Source of the DNA: the human T2T-CHM13v2.0 reference genome, Homo sapiens
Assembly: GCF_009914755.1 (NCBI RefSeq)
Contig: NC_060937.1
Reading direction: 5' to 3' (one strand)
Length of the DNA stretch: 64,000 nucleotides
Part shown: one piece after another, positions 60,201-64,000 of the stretch
How the letters are laid out: each line of letters opens with the position of its first letter
Numbering within the stretch: the stretch's first letter is position 1
Notes under the pieces: model-generated
Told to the model about the DNA's origin: nothing
Database searches by the model: none
Seen by the model: only the letters and a program-made list of their open reading frames with translations
Made by a program: the position numbers and the translations under genes

Positions 60201-63200
60201 TACTGTACATAAAATATCAAAGTACCAAAAATATGTATTATATACTGTACATAAAATATGAAAGTAACCAAACATTTATAATATACTGTACATAAAATAT
60301 CAAAGTACTCAGTCTACATATTACATACAGTATATAAAATATCAAAGTACACACACTGTATATTATATACTGTACATAATATATCAAAGTACCCAGAATA
60401 TATAACATACTGTACATAAAATATCAAAGTACCCATAATACATATTATATACTGTACATAAAATATCAAAGGACCCAAAATAAACATTATATACTGTACA
60501 TAAAATATCCAAATACTCAAAATATATATTACATACTGTACATAAAATATCAAAGTACCCAAATTATGTATTATATACTGTACGTAAAATATCAGAGTAC
60601 CCAAAATATGTATTATATACTGTACATAAAATATGAAAGTAACAAAACATTTATAATAAACTGTACATAAAATATCAAAGTACTCAAACTATATATCATA
60701 TACTGTACATAAAATATCAAAGTACCCAAAATATATATTGTATACTGTACATAAAATATGAAGGTACATCAAAGATATATTATATTCTGTACATAAAATA
60801 TCAAACTACACCAAATATATATTATATGCTGTACATAATATATCAAAGTTGCCCATATATACATTCTATACTGTACATAAAATATGAACGTACATCAAAT
60901 ATATAGTATATGCTGCACATAAAATATCAAAGTACCCAAAGTATGTATTATACACTGTACATAAAATATCAAAGTACCAAAAGTATATATTACATACTGT
61001 AAATAAAATATGAAGGTACCTCAAATATATATTATATTCTATACATAAAATATCAAAGTACACCAAGTATATACTATATACTCTGCATAAAATATTAAAT
61101 TACCCAAAATATGTATTGCATTGTGTACATAAAATATGAAAGTAACCAAACGTTTATAATAAACTGTACATAAAATATCAAAGTACTCAAACTGTATATT
61201 ATATACTGTACATAAAGTATCAAAGTACCCAAACTGTGTAGTATATATTGTACATAAAATACCAAGGTACCCAAAATATATATTGTAAACTGTAGATAAA
61301 ATATCAAAGTACCCAAAATATATATTATATACTGTACATGAAATATGAAGGCACATCCAATATATATTATACTCTGTACATAAAATATCAAAGTACACCA
61401 AATGTATATTATATACTGTACATAAAATATGAAAGTACCCAATGTGTATATTATATACTGTACATAAACTATGAAGGTTCATCAAATATATTTTATATTC
61501 TGCACATAATATATCAAAGTACAGCAAATATATATTATATACTGTACATAAAATATCAAAGTACCCAAAATATGTATTATATACTGTACATAAAATATGA
61601 AAGTAAGCAAACATTTATAATAAACTGTACATAAAGTATCAAAGTACTCAAACTACATATTATATACAGTATATAAAATATCAAAGTACCCAAACTGTAT
61701 ATTATATACTGTACATAATATATCAAAGTACCCGAATATATAGCATACTCCACATAAAATATCAAAGTACCCAAAGTTTGTATTATACACTGCACATAAA
61801 ATATGGAGGTACATCAAAGATATATTATATTCTGTACATAAAATATCAAAGTACACCAAATATATATTATATGCTGTACATAATATATTAAAGTCGACCA
61901 AATATATATTATATACTGTACATAAAATATGAAGGTACATCAAATATATATTATATGCTGCACATAAAATATCAAAGTACCCAAAGTATGTGTTATATAC
62001 TGTACATAAAATATCAAAGTACCCAAAGTATATATTATATACTGTACATAAAATATAAAATACCCCAAATATATATTATATGCTCTACATAAAATATCAA
62101 AGTACACAAAATATGTATTATATACTGTACATAAAATACCAAAGGACCCAAAATATATATTATATACTGTACATAAAATATCAAAATACCCAAAATATAT
62201 ATTATATACTGTACATAAAATACCAAAGTACCCAAAGTATATATTATATACCGTACAAAAAATATCAAAGTAGCCAAAATATGTATTATACACTGTACAT
62301 AATATATGAAAGTACCCAAACATTTATAATAAACTGTACATAAAATATCAATGTACTCAAACTATATATTATGTGCGGTACATAAGATATCAAAGTACCC
62401 ATACTATATAGTATATACTGTACTTAAAATATCAAAATACCCAAAATATATATTATATACGTTACATAAACTATCACATACACAAAGTATGTATTATATA
62501 CTGTACATAAAATAGCAAAGTTCCCAAAATATGTATTATATACTGTACATAAAATATGAAAGTACCCAACCATTCATAATAAAGTCTACATAAAATACCA
62601 AAGTACCCAAACTGTGTATTATATACTGTCCATAAAATATCAAAGGACCCAAAATATATATTGTAAACTCTACATAAAATATCAAAGTAGCCAAAATACA
62701 TATTGTATACTGTACATAAAATATAAAAGTACCCGAAATATATATTATATACTGTACATAAAATATCAAAGTACCCATAATACATATTATATACTGTACA
62801 TAAAATAACAAAGGACCCAAAATAAACATTATATACTGTACATAAAATATCCAAATACTCAAAATATATATTACATACTGTACATAAAATATCAAAGTAC
62901 CCAAATTATGTATTATATACTGTACGTAAAATATCAGAGTACCCAAAATATGCATTATATACTGTACATAAAATATGAAAGTAACAAAACATTTATAATA
63001 AACTGTACATAAAATATCAAAGTACTCAAACTATATATCATATACTGTACATAAAATATCAAAGTACCCAAACTGTGTATTATTATATACTGTATATAAA
63101 ATATCAAAGTACCTGAAATATATATTGTATACTGTACATAAAATATCAAAGTACCCAAAATATATACTATATACTGTACATAAAATATGAAGGTACATCA

Positions 63201-64000
63201 AATATATATTATATCCTGTACATAAAATATCAAAGTACACCTATTATATATTGTGTACTGTACATAATATATTAAATCGCCCAAATATATATTGTATACT
63301 GTATATAAAATATGAAGGTACTTCAAATATATATTATATGCTGCACATAAAATATCAAAGTACCCAAAGAATGCATTACATACTGTACATAAAATATCAA
63401 AATACACATGTTATCTATTATATAATGTACATAAAATATGAAGGTTCATCAAATATATATTATATTCTGTACATAATATATCAAAGTACATCAAATATAT
63501 ATTATATACTGTACATAAAATATCAAAGTACCAAAAATATGTATTATATACTGTACATAAAACATGAAAGTAACCAAACATTTATAATAAACTGTACATA
63601 AAATATCAAAGTACTCAATCTACATATTATATACAGTATATAAAATATCAAAGTACACAAACTGTATATTATATACTGTACATAATATATCAAAGTACCC
63701 AGAATATATAGCATACTGTACATACAATATCAAAGTACCCAGAATGTATATTGTATTCTGTACATAAAATATGAATGTACATCAAAGATATATTATATTC
63801 TGTACATAAAATATCAAAGTACACCAAATATATATTATATGCTGTACATAATATATTAAAGTTGCCCATGCATACATTTTATACTGTACATAAAATATGA
63901 AGGTACATCAAATATATAGTATATGCTGCACATAAAATATCAAAGTACCCAAAGTATGTATTATATACTGTACATAAAATATCAAAGTACCAAAAGTATA

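Larger units (their letters stand above)
1..64000 (+). repeat. Human Satellite 1A (HSat1A / satellite I / SAR) 42-bp tandem satellite array, about 1,530 monomers, running off both window ends
   Basis: Continuous 42-bp unit ACATAAAATATCAAAGT+ACCCAAAATATATATTATATACTGT throughout. The 17-bp and 25-bp subunits delimited by GTAC (RsaI) match the known satellite I A/B subunit structure. The consensus has 9 G+C in 42 bp. Same orientation along the whole window. Family name is from recognition of the consensus, not a database search. Confidence 0.97.

Noticed and set aside
117-63601. Hundreds of 60-203 aa ORFs rich in Y/I/K/F on both strands
   Set aside because: 42 bp equals 14 codons, so stop-free frames translate to 14-aa repeats (YYILYIKYQSTQNI, YFGYFDILCTVYNI, GTLIFYVQYIIYIL). 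They overlap in several frames, break at 1-bp monomer indels and show no domains or gene context.
1-64000. CRISPR-like alternation of a conserved part (TACTGTACATAAAATAT) and a variable part
   Set aside because: The variable parts are all homologous to one consensus and recur with HOR periodicity. There are no unique spacers, leader or cas genes.
1-64000. TATA-box-like motifs (TATATAAAA) as promoters
   Set aside because: Expected by chance in ~80% AT repeats; nothing downstream to transcribe and no other promoter evidence.
1-64000. Possible inversion, Alu/L1 insertion, alpha-satellite or CENP-B box
   Set aside because: No reverse-orientation monomers (TTTTGGGTACTTTGAT) or non-satellite sequence was seen on reading through, and all landmark spacings are explained by monomer gains/losses and small indels.

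Overview
The whole 64-kb window is one uninterrupted, same-orientation array of a very AT-rich 42-bp tandem satellite, consensus ACATAAAATATCAAAGT-ACCCAAAATATATATTATATACTGT. It has two GTAC/RsaI sites per monomer, giving 17+25 bp pieces. This matches human Satellite 1A (HSat1A, classical satellite I/SAR), i.e. (peri)centromeric or acrocentric heterochromatin. I see no genes, RNA genes, transposon insertions, inversions or CRISPR array. All ORFs are 14-aa-periodic by-products of the 42-bp unit. The real information is the higher-order architecture. A 3013-bp, 72-monomer higher-order repeat (HOR) is made of six uneven sub-blocks (14/14/11/17/6/10 monomers). Its structural variants differ by whole-monomer cassettes (+294, -543, +126, +461, +293, -377, -922, -2219, +1045 bp). 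There is also a near-identical 8916-bp tandem duplication and several dispersed multi-kb copies at offsets of about 23.8, 29.2, 36.2 and 45.6 kb. HOR landmark positions (TTG of CACCTATTATATATTGTGTACT): 628, 4979, 8453, 9247, 12006, 15029, 18336, 21349, 24362, 27252, 30265, 33278, 36167, 41186, 44209, 47557, 50570, 54044, 57056, 59945, 63251. All alignments were made by eye and from the ORF track, so breakpoints are approximate to about one monomer. I found no evidence of a novel coding system.
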